Shown: piece by piece, positions 22,547 through 32,223 of the stretch
Layout of the letters: every line of letters starts with the position of its first letter
How positions within the stretch are numbered: the stretch's first letter is position 1
Assembly: GCA_947629095.1 (NCBI GenBank)
Contig: CANRCK010000004.1
Location: 57,080-121,079, forward strand
Length of the DNA: 64,000 nucleotides
Direction: 5' to 3'
DNA from: an uncultured Clostridia bacterium
Lineage (GTDB): Bacteria > Bacillota > Clostridia > Christensenellales > Borkfalkiaceae
Notes under the pieces: model-generated
The model's input: only the letters and a program-made list of their open reading frames with translations
Database searches by the model: none
Told to the model about the DNA's origin: nothing
Position numbers and translations under genes: made by a program

Positions 22547-22583
22547 AAAGGGCTGCGCCTTTAAGGGGCGCAGCCCTTTTATT
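22547..22583. terminator. bidirectional intrinsic terminator between convergent genes
   Basis: AAAGGGCTGCGCC-7 nt-GGCGCAGCCCTTT (13-bp stem) flanked by A and T runs. Confidence 0.85.
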
Positions 22584-22593
22584 ATGCCGTTTT

Positions 22594-23397
22594 TTAACTT
22601 TGGGGGGTAAGGATTATTTTCACAAGCTCGGGGCGGTTGAAAAGACGGAGAGGGAATTTTGAGTTGCCCAGCCCGCGGGAAATTACAAGCATAGAGCCGT
22701 TTACCCTGTGAACGCCCGAGATGAGCTTGGGGAAAACACCCTGCCCGGGGGCGTATAAGCCTTTTTTTGTGAAGGGAATGCGCCACTGTCCGCCGTGGGC
22801 GTGACCGCTTAAAACAAGGGGATAGCCCGCGCGGGCGTAGTTTTTTATGTGGTGGGGCATGTGCGCAAGGAGAATTTTATCCGAAGGGTCGTCGGATAGA
22901 GTTAAAACGGCGTCGTTTTTGTTGCACGCGCCGTTCAGCCCCGCAAAGGTTACCCCGCAAACCGTTGCGCAGGCGTTATCAAGAACGGTTGCGCCGGCAG
23001 CGGCAAGCGCTTTGCGCAAACTTGCATAGCCCTTGTTGCGCATTTCGTGGTTGCCTGAGACATATACCACGGGGGCTATAGCCGCCAGAGCGGAGACGGT
23101 TGCAACCGCCACGGCAACGTTCTTTTTGGTGTAATTGTGAATTATATCGCCCGTGACGGCTATCACGCCGGGCTTGCACGAGGCGACCGCGGAGACAAGG
23201 CGGGAATTGTTTTTGCCGAAAGACTTGCCGTGCAGATCGGAAATCTGAACTACGGTGACGCGCTCCTTTATCCACGGAAAACTCAATACGTATTGAGTTT
23301 TTACTATGGAATTATTGGAAAACCACAAAAACCAAACCAAAAGTGCGACGACTGCCGCGGCGCTTAAAGCAATCAGAGCCGCAAAAAGCGGGGTCAT
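22594..23397 (-). CDS. membrane-anchored metallophosphoesterase (YkuE-like)
   Basis: N-terminal TM segment. ISDLHG, VTGDIIH, SGNHE, SGHAHGGQ motifs. Confidence 0.8.
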   Translation of the reverse strand: MTPLFAALIALSAAAVVALLVWFLWFSNNSIVKTQYVLSFPWIKERVTVVQISDLHGKSFGKNNSRLVSAVASCKPGVIAVTGDIIHNYTKKNVAVAVATVSALAAIAPVVYVSGNHEMRNKGYASLRKALAAAGATVLDNACATVCGVTFAGLNGACNKNDAVLTLSDDPSDKILLAHMPHHIKNYARAGYPLVLSGHAHGGQWRIPFTKKGLYAPGQGVFPKLISGVHRVNGSMLVISRGLGNSKFPLRLFNRPELVKIILTPQS

Positions 23398-24062
23398 TGT
23401 CTTACCGCCACGATGCGGTAGATGGGCTTGCCGCGCTCTTTAAATAGCTTTTCGTGCTCCGTTTCCACGTCCCCCTCCACCGGATTTGCCGCCAAATCCT
23501 CGCATATATATGTTATTTTATACCCGCACGACTTATAGCTTTCCAGCGAAAAGAGATAAAAATCCCTATCGTCCGTCTTTTGCACGATTTCGCCGCCGCG
23601 CTTTAAAAAGGTTGAATATCTGTTCAAAAATACGGGGTGAGTGAGGCGCTGTTTTTTGTAGCCCTCCTTGGGGAGAGGGTTGGAAAAGTTGAGATATATG
23701 CGCGATATTGACTCCTCTTCGAAATATTTTTGAAGCACCTCGGCGGCGCAATTCAAAAAATAGACGTTCCTTAAATTTTCAGCCTTGGCGTGCTCGAGCG
23801 CCTCCACGAGGACGTTGGAAATTTTTTCCACGGCGATAAAATTTACGCCCGGGTAAAGCTTTGCCGTTTCACACACAAACTTGCCCTTGCCGCAGCCTAT
23901 TTCAAGATGGACGGGGTTGTCGTTGCCGAAGATACTGCCGAGGGGCAAAAGATCGGGGATAAGCGCCGAAAGCTTCATATTTTTTCCGCCGTCGGCAATT
24001 TTTACTATGTCGGCACAGGCTGACATTCTTTCTTCAAGATGGGATTTTTTACGCATTCTCAT
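23394..24062 (-). CDS. trmB: tRNA (guanine46-N7)-methyltransferase
   Basis: SAM motif HLEIGCGKGKF and NFSNPLPKEGYKKQRL region. Start moved to ATG 24062 (MRMRKKSHLEE). 4-nt overlap with the downstream gene. Confidence 0.82.
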   Translation of the reverse strand: MRMRKKSHLEERMSACADIVKIADGGKNMKLSALIPDLLPLGSIFGNDNPVHLEIGCGKGKFVCETAKLYPGVNFIAVEKISNVLVEALEHAKAENLRNVYFLNCAAEVLQKYFEEESISRIYLNFSNPLPKEGYKKQRLTHPVFLNRYSTFLKRGGEIVQKTDDRDFYLFSLESYKSCGYKITYICEDLAANPVEGDVETEHEKLFKERGKPIYRIVAVRQ

Positions 24063-24220
24063 ATAAAAAATTGTAACATATACGCCGCGTTTTTGCAAGT
24101 TTTTGAATGTGAAACGGTAACATATATATTTCATATTTATTTTATGCGCGGGCGTTTGGGATTGGTTTTTTTACGGTAAGTATAAGCGCCGGGTGAAAAT
24201 AAATAATTTTGAGAGGTTTT

Positions 24221-24772
24221 ATGACTTATTTTGAAATTATAGACTTATTCACCTTTTACGGCGTGGACGTTGCGGCGCTGGGGATTTTGACCTGCGGGCT
24301 TACGCAGATTTTAAAAACCACCGTTTTTAAAAAGGCGCCCAACAAGGTTTATACCTTTTTGCCCTTTGCGCTGGGAATTGCGCTGTACTTCGGCTATGCC
24401 GCCGTCGCTCACACCGAACTTTTCGGGTCCGCGGAATATATTGCATATATATTCGAGCGCGGGCTTTCGGTGGGCGCAGCCGCCACGATGGTATACGTGA
24501 TTTACGAACAGTTTGTAAAGGGGAAATACAGCGACCCCTACCGCTCTGCGGTGACAGAACTGCTCAAAGGGTACTTTGACGGCGAAAAACTCGGCGCGCT
24601 GGCGGAAAAAATAACCGCCGCATGCTTGGGGGAAAGGGAAAAAGCCCAAGAGGCGGTTGAAAAGCTTTTGATTTCCGAAGCGGCGGGTGAATTGAGCGCC
24701 GAGGAAATTAAAATCCTTGCCCGCATAATTGCAAAAACGCTGGAAAGACTGAATACGTCCACGGCAAACTGA
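24221..24772 (+). CDS. hypothetical membrane protein with helical C-terminal tail
   Basis: About 183 aa from ATG 24221 (GAGAGG 5 nt upstream). Three or four hydrophobic spans, then an Ala/Glu-rich helix. Confidence 0.5.
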   Translation: MTYFEIIDLFTFYGVDVAALGILTCGLTQILKTTVFKKAPNKVYTFLPFALGIALYFGYAAVAHTELFGSAEYIAYIFERGLSVGAAATMVYVIYEQFVKGKYSDPYRSAVTELLKGYFDGEKLGALAEKITAACLGEREKAQEAVEKLLISEAAGELSAEEIKILARIIAKTLERLNTSTAN

Positions 24773-24776
24773 AAAG

Positions 24777-24815
24777 CGCCCCGCGCACTTTTGTGCGCGG
24801 GGCGTATCGCTTTTT
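24777..24815. terminator. bidirectional intrinsic terminator
   Basis: CGCCCCGCGCAC-TTTT-GTGCGCGGGGCG (12-bp stem) then TATCGCTTTTT. Lies between convergent genes. Confidence 0.85.
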
Positions 24816-24818
24816 AAA

Positions 24819-26147
24819 CTATTTGCGGGAACGGATGTCCACCTTTAAATTGAGCTTCATATTATTTAAAACGTCGTCGCCGAGCGCTTTATATTCGGCG
24901 TAGTGGAATTTGAAAAGCTTCTCCTTTATGCCCAAAAAGTCGCAGCCGGTTGAACGGGAAACTTCCAAAAGCGAAGTAAGGCGCTTTTCTATTTCCTCCT
25001 CTGCGGCTTTTAATACCACGGGGGAGAGCTTGTCGTCGTCGGAGGTCTCCTTTGGCTCCACTTCCTTTTTTATGCCCGCGATCTGGGCGACGGCGCTGAA
25101 CTTTAACGTGACTTCCACGCCGTTTCCGCCCGGCTTTACCGAAAGACCCCCCTCGCCCTCGCCAAGACCGAGCGTGTAGTGATATTCCTCCGTGTCGCAC
25201 GGCAAAACGGCAAGACGTATTTCGTTTTTTATTAAGTTGAGGGCAAACGCCTGCTGCTCATCGAGAATCCCCGCAAACCAGCCGCCGTTGAAGATTGCCG
25301 TGCGGCGGGCGGTGAATTCAACGGGCTTTTGCCCGCCCTGTGAACCCTGCGAACCGCCCGAAGAGCCTTGACCGCCCTGAGAGCCGCCTTCGCCGCCCCC
25401 GCCGGAACCGCTGTTTGCACCGCCTTCGCCACCGCCCGAGCTGCCCTCGGGGGGCTTTTCGCCGCCGACGTTGTCGCCGTTACCGCCCTCCTCGCTGGTG
25501 CCCTGAACGTTGGCCTCTATAAACGGCATATAGCACGCCTTGCCGGGTGAGAAACGTTGGACGGCGATATCTTTTAAGCTTACGCTTGAGACGTTTGCCG
25601 ATTTTTTAAGCTCGTCCGCAAGGGCGCGCTGGATTACCGTGGTGGTCATATCACCCGTTTTTGTGGGCATTGAGAGATATTCCGAAGCTTTTCCGTTGCA
25701 CATTGCCACGAGAGCGGTTAGCTCGGAATAGTTCTTTCTGAAAAAGCAGCCCGTGAGGCGGAATATATTTTTATCCTTGCAGCTGTCGCCGAGAAGTATC
25801 AATTTGCAGAACTGCAGCTGGGGATAAAAGCCCGTTTTGGCGTTGATTTCGTTGAGGGCGTCGGCTATGGTTTCGCCGCTGCCCTGTATTTCGGCGTACT
25901 CGATGTTGTCGCCGCTCTGCGAAGGTTTGGGAACGGCAAGCTGCGCCGTGACCTGAACCTCGTTTTCGGTGGAGTCGATGCCGACGGCGACAATCAAGGA
26001 GGTTTTGCGGATGTCCACAAGCCCGAAGTCGTTTGTGAAGAAAAGCGCGGCAAGGGCTATAAAGGCAATCCAGAAAAATATTACAGAGAGCCTGCGCAAT
26101 CTGTCTTTATATAAATAACCGATATCCGTGTTGCGGTTTTTTGTCAT
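24819..26147 (-). CDS. spore germination protein, Ger(x)C lipoprotein family, with a Gly/Ser-rich insert
   Basis: 442 aa, third gene of a gerA-type operon. C-terminal pattern FLGIKEKLFKFHYAEYK resembles GerAC. Low-complexity insert GGNGDNVGGEKPPEGSSGGGEGGANSGSGGGGEGGSQGGQGSSGGSQGSQGGQ. Confidence 0.75.
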   Translation of the reverse strand: MTKNRNTDIGYLYKDRLRRLSVIFFWIAFIALAALFFTNDFGLVDIRKTSLIVAVGIDSTENEVQVTAQLAVPKPSQSGDNIEYAEIQGSGETIADALNEINAKTGFYPQLQFCKLILLGDSCKDKNIFRLTGCFFRKNYSELTALVAMCNGKASEYLSMPTKTGDMTTTVIQRALADELKKSANVSSVSLKDIAVQRFSPGKACYMPFIEANVQGTSEEGGNGDNVGGEKPPEGSSGGGEGGANSGSGGGGEGGSQGGQGSSGGSQGSQGGQKPVEFTARRTAIFNGGWFAGILDEQQAFALNLIKNEIRLAVLPCDTEEYHYTLGLGEGEGGLSVKPGGNGVEVTLKFSAVAQIAGIKKEVEPKETSDDDKLSPVVLKAAEEEIEKRLTSLLEVSRSTGCDFLGIKEKLFKFHYAEYKALGDDVLNNMKLNLKVDIRSRK

Positions 26148-27214
26148 ACTCGGCTCCTTTCGGCTCTTTTAAAAGCCAGCGACGCAAAGGGCGCGGCGGT
26201 TGAAAACAACAGCACTATTATCCAGCCCCAGTCGGTGTAGAAGTTTTGCAAGCCGGCGAGAGAGCCGCCGCAGGTTATTATTATGACGAGCAAGACGATA
26301 TTTACGAAGAACGATATAAGCTCCGGACAGTTCCAGCCCGAGCACTTGACAATGCAGTGCACGGCAAGCTGGACGTTGAGGACAAAGGCGAAGAGCATAA
26401 CTATTTCGAGGGCGTAGAGTGCGTAGAGATCCACCCTGCCCACTACGTCTATTGCGGAAAAATAGAGCGAGGTTTTGGAGACGGCAAACTGCCGCGACGA
26501 TGTGAGTTCGCCGTAGATGCCGTAGAATACGGCGAGAAACGCCAGAACGATGAGCGCCCCGGCGGCATAACTTAACGTAAGCTTTGCCGCGTCCCCCTTT
26601 TTGTAGCGGAAATTGCCGAGGAAGATGAGAAGATATGCCGGCTCCAAAAAGAAAAAGGAGGTTTTAAGCGCGCCGCCGAGATAGCCCGCGGGGGACGTCT
26701 TTAATACCGGAAGAAGATTTGTGAAGTCCACTTCGGAGAAGGACATAAAGAATATGAAAGCCATACTCACTATAAATATGGGCATACACACGTCGGCGCA
26801 GCGCCCTATATTTTTAAAGCCCTTGGCGCCCGCGTAGACAGTGAAGAGAAATACGGGGGCAAATACAGTGAACGAGGGAATCGTGTCGTAGAAAATTGCC
26901 TGTACGTAGAGCTTTTGCTCGAACATCAGCGGTATGGTGCAGAAGAGAAAAAAGGCTGCAAAAAGCCCGTAGATTATGCGCGCGGTTACTTCGCCGAAAG
27001 CGGTTTTTATGAGTTCGAACAGGGTTTTATCCGTGCGCGAGCTTAAAAAAGCAACCGCCCATACCGCCGCCCCCTGCACGAGAAAATCGAGAAGAGCGGA
27101 AAAGACGAGGTCCCTGCCAGAAATCCCCGAAAGAATTATTGGATAGAGCAACAGCTTTGTTGCCGCAGTGTAGAACGCAAGTATAAAACATATTTGCCTA
27201 ACGTTTATTTTCAC
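26144..27214 (-). CDS. spore germination protein, GerAB-type permease
   Basis: 356 aa, about 10 TM helices. Overlaps both neighbours (4 and 17 nt) in the A-B-C operon order. Confidence 0.78.
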   Translation of the reverse strand: MKINVRQICFILAFYTAATKLLLYPIILSGISGRDLVFSALLDFLVQGAAVWAVAFLSSRTDKTLFELIKTAFGEVTARIIYGLFAAFFLFCTIPLMFEQKLYVQAIFYDTIPSFTVFAPVFLFTVYAGAKGFKNIGRCADVCMPIFIVSMAFIFFMSFSEVDFTNLLPVLKTSPAGYLGGALKTSFFFLEPAYLLIFLGNFRYKKGDAAKLTLSYAAGALIVLAFLAVFYGIYGELTSSRQFAVSKTSLYFSAIDVVGRVDLYALYALEIVMLFAFVLNVQLAVHCIVKCSGWNCPELISFFVNIVLLVIIITCGGSLAGLQNFYTDWGWIIVLLFSTAAPFASLAFKRAERSRV

Positions 27215-28634
27215 TTTTCAACCTCACTTTGTCGCGCGATTTTATAGAGCCGGGGCGGCGCCTCAACGTGTACATATTGGCTTTGACCATACTGTCGTAG
27301 AGGTCGCTTCCCACAAGGGGCGCAAAGGGCGCCAGAAGGGGAACGCCGTAGGACTGTTCGGTGACGAGATAGCAGATTATGAATACAGACAGAACGACCA
27401 CGCCGAAAGGTCCCACGCTGCCCGCGATTATCAAAAATATCCAGCGAAGCGTTGTGGTGGTTTCCACGAGGTCGGGCACGGTGTACAGGCAGATAGCCGA
27501 AAAGGCGATTATGATTATTGCAGGCGTGGAGATTATGCCCGCCTTTACGGCGGTGTCGCCCAAAACGAGCGCGCCGACTACCGAGAGCGCAAGCCCGACG
27601 TATTTGGGCATGCGAATGGAAGCTTCGTTTAAAACCTCCAGCACGAGAAGAACCAAAAACATCTCTATGCTCGGCGAGAGGGGAAGCCCCTGCGACGAGC
27701 TGGCAATTTTGAGCAATAACCTGAAGGGTATGAGCTGCGCCTTGTAGAGCTGGGCGGAAATGTAGAACGCCGGCAGAAATATGCCGAGAAGAACGGATAT
27801 AAGCCTTATTATGCGGAGGGTTGTGGCACGGTAGGAGCTTGAATAGTAGTCCTCCCCCGTTTGGAAATCCTCCACGAGCATATAGGGAACCGTGATGGCT
27901 ATGGGGGAGCCGTCCACAAGTATGCCGACCCTGCCCTCGCTTATTTTTGCGCAGAATATATCGGGCTTTTCGGAGGTGCCGCAGCGCTTGAATATAGAGC
28001 GCGGGCGCTTGGATATGAACGCGGATACGTAGGAAGAGTCGGGAATTACGTCTATATTGTTTTCGGCAATTTCACGCTCAACCTTTTCGGGCAAGCCCTT
28101 GGGGCAGACGCCCTCTATATAGACTATTGCGATAGCCGTGTCGGAGCGCTTGCCGCTTTTGACCGTTTTGAATTGGAGCTTATCGCTCTTTATGCGCTTG
28201 CGGACAAGCCCCATATTTGTTTTTATTTCCTCTATAAATCCCTCGCGCGGACCTTTTACGGCTATCTGCGTGGGAGGTTCGGTGATGGCGCGCGCAGGCG
28301 GGCTTTTTAAACCCAAAATAAAATAGCCGCTTTCGCCGTCAACAAACAGAACGGCGTTGCCGTCGGAAATTTCCTTTACGGCGTCCTGAAGCTTTTCACC
28401 CTCCTTTACCTCCGGCGAAGCAAGCAACAGGCGGACCTTTTCTATGGAGTCCTCCTTCTTTACTTCCCTCAACGGCTTTATGACAAGCTCGCCCAAAAGC
28501 TCCTTGTTGCAGATGCCGTCCGCATAGATTGCGGCAAACTTTTTGCCGCCGTCAGAGAGGAACTCGAACACGAGGACATCCTCGCTGCTTAAAATCTTTT
28601 TGACTGCCTTGATATTTTTTTCAAGTGTGCTCAT
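27198..28634 (-). CDS. spore germination protein, GerAA family
   Basis: 478 aa. A soluble N-terminal domain followed by about 5 TM helices (FPLFVLEVLNEASIRMP-type region), typical of GerA subunit A. Confidence 0.85.
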   Translation of the reverse strand: MSTLEKNIKAVKKILSSEDVLVFEFLSDGGKKFAAIYADGICNKELLGELVIKPLREVKKEDSIEKVRLLLASPEVKEGEKLQDAVKEISDGNAVLFVDGESGYFILGLKSPPARAITEPPTQIAVKGPREGFIEEIKTNMGLVRKRIKSDKLQFKTVKSGKRSDTAIAIVYIEGVCPKGLPEKVEREIAENNIDVIPDSSYVSAFISKRPRSIFKRCGTSEKPDIFCAKISEGRVGILVDGSPIAITVPYMLVEDFQTGEDYYSSSYRATTLRIIRLISVLLGIFLPAFYISAQLYKAQLIPFRLLLKIASSSQGLPLSPSIEMFLVLLVLEVLNEASIRMPKYVGLALSVVGALVLGDTAVKAGIISTPAIIIIAFSAICLYTVPDLVETTTTLRWIFLIIAGSVGPFGVVVLSVFIICYLVTEQSYGVPLLAPFAPLVGSDLYDSMVKANMYTLRRRPGSIKSRDKVRLKSENKR

Positions 28635-28715
28635 ACGAATATTTTAAGTAAAAAATCATAAAAAATACTTGACAGAGCAACGCCGCGGAATGTATAAAAA
28701 ATATCAGAGGATTTT

Positions 28716-28874
28716 ATGGAAGAGCAAAAAAATAAGGAAACGGACGAAGAGCTTAAAAAAAAGAACGCAAAACTGAAAAGGCGCGTTCTTGTGGGCGTGG
28801 TTGTTGGGGTTGCGGTGTTGCTTGCGGTGGCTTTCCCTCTTATTGTCATAGGGCACGGCTGCGGTCTTTATTAG
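28716..28874 (+). CDS. possible 52-aa single-pass membrane micro-protein
   Basis: Own translation: MEEQKNKETDEELKKKNAKLKRRVLVGVVVGVAVLLAVAFPLIVIGHGCGLY. AGAGGA 5 nt upstream. Below the ORF-track cutoff and supported by nothing else. Confidence 0.3.
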   Translation: MEEQKNKETDEELKKKNAKLKRRVLVGVVVGVAVLLAVAFPLIVIGHGCGLY

Positions 28875-28890
28875 CGGCGTGTTGCCGCTG

Positions 28891-29012
28891 CCGGGTCTTA
28901 ATTACTTTGTCGCTTGACAGGCGGCAGCTCAAATCAAGCGGCGCGTCGCCGCACCCGGGTATCTTAATTACTTTGTCGCTTGACAGGCGACAGCTCAAAT
29001 CAAGCGGCGCGT
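28891..29012 (+). repeat. two tandem 66-bp direct repeats related to family-A hairpin 1
   Basis: CTTAATTACTTTGTCGCTTGACAGGCG(G/A)CAGCTCAAATCAAGCGGCGCG occurs twice with a period of 66 nt (28897 and 28963). Contains GTCGC-TTGACAG-GCGAC followed by AGCTC, and the inverted pair CGCTTGA/TCAAGCG. Confidence 0.85.
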
Positions 29013-29080
29013 TGCGCATCAAATAATAACCGAACCGCCCAAAGGGCGGTTGGACAAATCTAAAAAAAGACGATAATAAA

Positions 29081-29905
29081 ATGATAAAAATAGATTACGA
29101 CGCAAAATATTTTAATCCTCTGCATACCCTTGACTGCGGGCAGATTTTCAGGTTCGAACCGTTCAAAGAGGGATTTTTGGTGTTTTCCGGGGATAGGGCG
29201 TGCTACGTTTACTCCGACGGAAAAAAGACCTTTGTGCAGTGCGAGGACGGGGATTATTTTTATAACTTTTTCGATCTTGCGCGCGACTACGCGGGGATTG
29301 TGGAAAAGGCAAAGAGCTATAACCTGCCGTTGCTTTCAAAGAGCGCGGAGAGCTGCTCGGGGCTGAGGCTTTTGAACCAGCAAAAGGAGGAAATGATTTA
29401 CTCCTTTATAATTTCCCAAAACAACAACATACCGAGGATAAAGGGAATTATTTCGCGCATATGCGGGGGGTTAGGCGAAAAAAGAGAGTTTATGGGCGTT
29501 GAGTACAGCGCATTCCCCACTACCCGCGCCCTTGCCGCGGCGGGAGCGGAGTTTTTTAAAAATGCGGGCTGCGGATACCGCGATAAATTTTTGGACGAAA
29601 CCGCCAAAAGGATTCAAGGCGAAGGCATTGAATATCTTGAAAAACTGAATACGTGTGAGCTGAAAAGGGCTTTGATGGGATACAAGGGCGTTGGCGCGAA
29701 GGTTGCCGACTGCATTGCGCTGTTCGGATTTGCAAAGCGGGACAGCTTCCCCGTGGATACGTGGATTGAAAAAATTTACAGGGAGGACTTTGGCGGAACG
29801 CTTACCGACAGAAACAAGATATGCGATTACTTTTTGGGGCTGTTCGGGGAAAATTCGGGGTATATGCAACAGTATTTATTTTACGGAAAACGGCTAAACT
29901 TATAA
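29081..29905 (+). CDS. ogg: 8-oxoguanine DNA glycosylase/AP lyase (Ogg, HhH-GPD)
   Basis: 274 aa. HhH-GPD motif LMGYKGVGAKVADCIALFGFAKRDSFPVDTWI with the catalytic Lys and Asp. Confidence 0.8.
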   Translation: MIKIDYDAKYFNPLHTLDCGQIFRFEPFKEGFLVFSGDRACYVYSDGKKTFVQCEDGDYFYNFFDLARDYAGIVEKAKSYNLPLLSKSAESCSGLRLLNQQKEEMIYSFIISQNNNIPRIKGIISRICGGLGEKREFMGVEYSAFPTTRALAAAGAEFFKNAGCGYRDKFLDETAKRIQGEGIEYLEKLNTCELKRALMGYKGVGAKVADCIALFGFAKRDSFPVDTWIEKIYREDFGGTLTDRNKICDYFLGLFGENSGYMQQYLFYGKRLNL

Positions 29906-29906
29906 T

Positions 29907-30578
29907 ATGCCCGACTATTTTACGCACGTTATATCCGCCGACAAAATTTACGAGCGGCTGGACGGAGATTTGAAAAGCAAGATCCGGTCGCGGGATTTGT
30001 ATATTTTGGGCGCACAGGGCGGGGACGTGTTTTTTGCATACAATATTAACTTTACAAGAAATTTGGGGCGGGAGCTGCACAGAATAGACCCCGTGGAGTT
30101 TTTTAAAAGGCTGTATTTGGGGAACCGCTCCTATGCGGCGGGTTTTGCAACGCACTACGCCCTGGACTGCACGGTACACCCCGCCGTTTACGCCTTTTGC
30201 GAAGGAAAAAAATCACCGCTGGCGCACCAGAATTTTGAAAAGGACGTAGGTCTGTACGTGAGCAAATACTTCGGCATGCGCAGGACAATTTTGCCGAAGG
30301 ACAACGTTTTGAAGTGCACGAGCGCGGTTTACGACAGCATTAAACCGGTGGAGCCGGAGATCACGGTGACGGGCGTTGAAAGATGCCTTAAAAGGCATTT
30401 TACCTACACGAGATACCTCTACCGCAACAAAAAACAAACATATAAGTGCGATTACGACTTTTCGCTGTTTGCGGGGATAATCGAGGACGCGATAGAGCTT
30501 GGCGTTAAAACCGTGGAGTGCGTTTTGAAGGGCGATATAGACCCGAAGATATTTTCAAAAGAGTTTTTGCAGAGATAA
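29907..30578 (+). CDS. hypothetical protein, possibly of the zinc-dependent phospholipase C-like family
   Basis: 223 aa. N-terminal YFTHV and later HYALDCTVHP His-rich motifs resemble PF00882-like proteins as I remember them. Confidence 0.45.
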   Translation: MPDYFTHVISADKIYERLDGDLKSKIRSRDLYILGAQGGDVFFAYNINFTRNLGRELHRIDPVEFFKRLYLGNRSYAAGFATHYALDCTVHPAVYAFCEGKKSPLAHQNFEKDVGLYVSKYFGMRRTILPKDNVLKCTSAVYDSIKPVEPEITVTGVERCLKRHFTYTRYLYRNKKQTYKCDYDFSLFAGIIEDAIELGVKTVECVLKGDIDPKIFSKEFLQR

Positions 30579-31376
30579 TCAAACCAATTTATCGTACAGA
30601 CTGCTGTTTTGCAATTTTTTATAGAGTTCGTCCTCGGTGATTTCATCGAGGAATTTTTCATCTTCGTAAATCTGCAAAATGAGATAACGGTTGCCGTCCA
30701 CAAAGCGCAAAGCGTCCTTATATGTTGAGTTTTGGCTTAAAACAACGTACTTAATTTCCCTGCCGCTCTTTTTTTTGCGGGCGGAGAAATTGATTTTTTG
30801 CGCGGGCGGAGATTTGGTGAGCGCGGAACACAGCAAAAACGCCGCGGCGGTTATGAGCGTGAAGTTGCGCGCAACCGTAAAATACAGGGCTATTAACGCA
30901 GCAACCACCGCCAAATTGACGATACGTATTGTGATTTCCGCGGTTTGGGGCTTTAAAAAAAGACAAAGAACGCACTTTGCCACCCTGCCGCCGTCCAGAG
31001 GATAGGCGGGCAGAAGATTTAAAACAAGCATTGCCGCGTTGGCGTAGAAAATGAGGTCTGTGTAAGCGTAGGTTTGGGGAACGAACCACCACAGCCCCGC
31101 AACGGCAACGCACAAAAAAAAGTTGACGGCGGGTCCCGCCAGGGCGAGCTTTATTTCATCCCACGGGGAAATTCCCTCTATGTTGCATACCGCCGCCGCA
31201 CCGTAGGGCATTAAGCTGATTTTTGTGCACTCGAAGCCCAGCCGCCCGGCGCAAAATATATGACCGCACTCGTGCAGGAGTGCGGTCAGCGCGCAGATCA
31301 TAAATATCGGAAACCCGCCGAAGAGTGCCGTTATTAACCCCGCGGCAAAAAACAGGGGATGGACGGAGATTTTCAC
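30579..31376 (-). CDS. spoIVFB: site-2 (M50) intramembrane metalloprotease, SpoIVFB-like
   Basis: HExxH (LLHECGHI) and NLLPAYPLDGGR motifs in TM segments, with a C-terminal soluble domain. Overlaps the upstream LytM-like gene. Confidence 0.8.
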   Translation of the reverse strand: MKISVHPLFFAAGLITALFGGFPIFMICALTALLHECGHIFCAGRLGFECTKISLMPYGAAAVCNIEGISPWDEIKLALAGPAVNFFLCVAVAGLWWFVPQTYAYTDLIFYANAAMLVLNLLPAYPLDGGRVAKCVLCLFLKPQTAEITIRIVNLAVVAALIALYFTVARNFTLITAAAFLLCSALTKSPPAQKINFSARKKKSGREIKYVVLSQNSTYKDALRFVDGNRYLILQIYEDEKFLDEITEDELYKKLQNSSLYDKLV

Positions 31377-32107
31377 GATTTCCAGACGGGAACGGTTCCC
31401 GAAAGGGTTACGCCGCTTATCAACTCTTCGCCGTCAAAGAGGGAAACGGTTACTTCGCCCTGACCATTGGAATAGGCGAAAGGCAGGTTGCCGTAAACCT
31501 TGTCGCCAACCGACTGATAGACGTTGGTAAGCCCCGTTACTACGCTTGAAAAGTTTGAAGTGTGCGCGATTTTAACTATATATGTATCGTTTTGAGCCAC
31601 TACCGAGGCTACGGTGCCGTCGCATACGGGATAGACAGTGCCCTCCGCGGTGAACGAGAGAATTCCGTCGTCCGACATAACCACGTCGGCTTGGGAATTT
31701 ACGCCCACAACCGAGGAGAGAGTGAGCTGGCTGTAATCGGGTTCAACCACCTCCTCCGCCGGGTTGACGAGAGAGGAAATAAAGGTGTTTATTGCGCTGT
31801 TGGGCATAAATATATTGGTGAGAAAAATTGCCATGGCGATGAGGCAGACAGCGGCTATTTCGCCGAAGAGCACGGCGCTCTCCCTGTCCTTGCCGAACCT
31901 GAGCGATTTTTCCGATTGTTTTTTAGGAGGGTCCGAAAGGTCCTCCCCCTCCACATAGGCGCCGACGCGCTCGTTTACGCTGCTTACAACGCGCTCCTTT
32001 AAGTCGTCGCGGGGCTGCTCCTTGCGGCGGAAGAAGCTCTTCTTTTTGGTTACTGTTACGGTACTTACGGGAATTTCAAGCATTTCCGCGTAGTCTAAAT
32101 CCTGCAT
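31373..32107 (-). CDS. spoIVFA: SpoIVFA-like protein (one TM segment plus a degenerate LytM/M23 domain)
   Basis: 244 aa. Charged N-terminus, TM segment AVLFGEIAAVCLIAMAIFLTNIF, C-terminal beta-rich domain lacking the catalytic His motifs. 4-nt overlap with spoIVFB, as in the Bacillus operon. Confidence 0.58.
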   Translation of the reverse strand: MQDLDYAEMLEIPVSTVTVTKKKSFFRRKEQPRDDLKERVVSSVNERVGAYVEGEDLSDPPKKQSEKSLRFGKDRESAVLFGEIAAVCLIAMAIFLTNIFMPNSAINTFISSLVNPAEEVVEPDYSQLTLSSVVGVNSQADVVMSDDGILSFTAEGTVYPVCDGTVASVVAQNDTYIVKIAHTSNFSSVVTGLTNVYQSVGDKVYGNLPFAYSNGQGEVTVSLFDGEELISGVTLSGTVPVWKS

Positions 32108-32223
32108 AATTGTCCTCCGAATTTTTTAAGTCTATCTTAATATATGAGATGGACAAGCAACGTAGAACAATTTTTGAAGAGTTTGCGTATAATGAAGGAT
32201 TTTATTTAAGAGCGCGCAAAAAA

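Noticed and set aside
28631-28849. 72-aa minus-strand ORF just upstream of gerAA.
   Set aside because: It has a Thr/Ser/Phe-rich low-complexity translation and no RBS, and it overlaps the more plausible (though still weak) plus-strand micro-ORF. It is probably non-coding promoter DNA.
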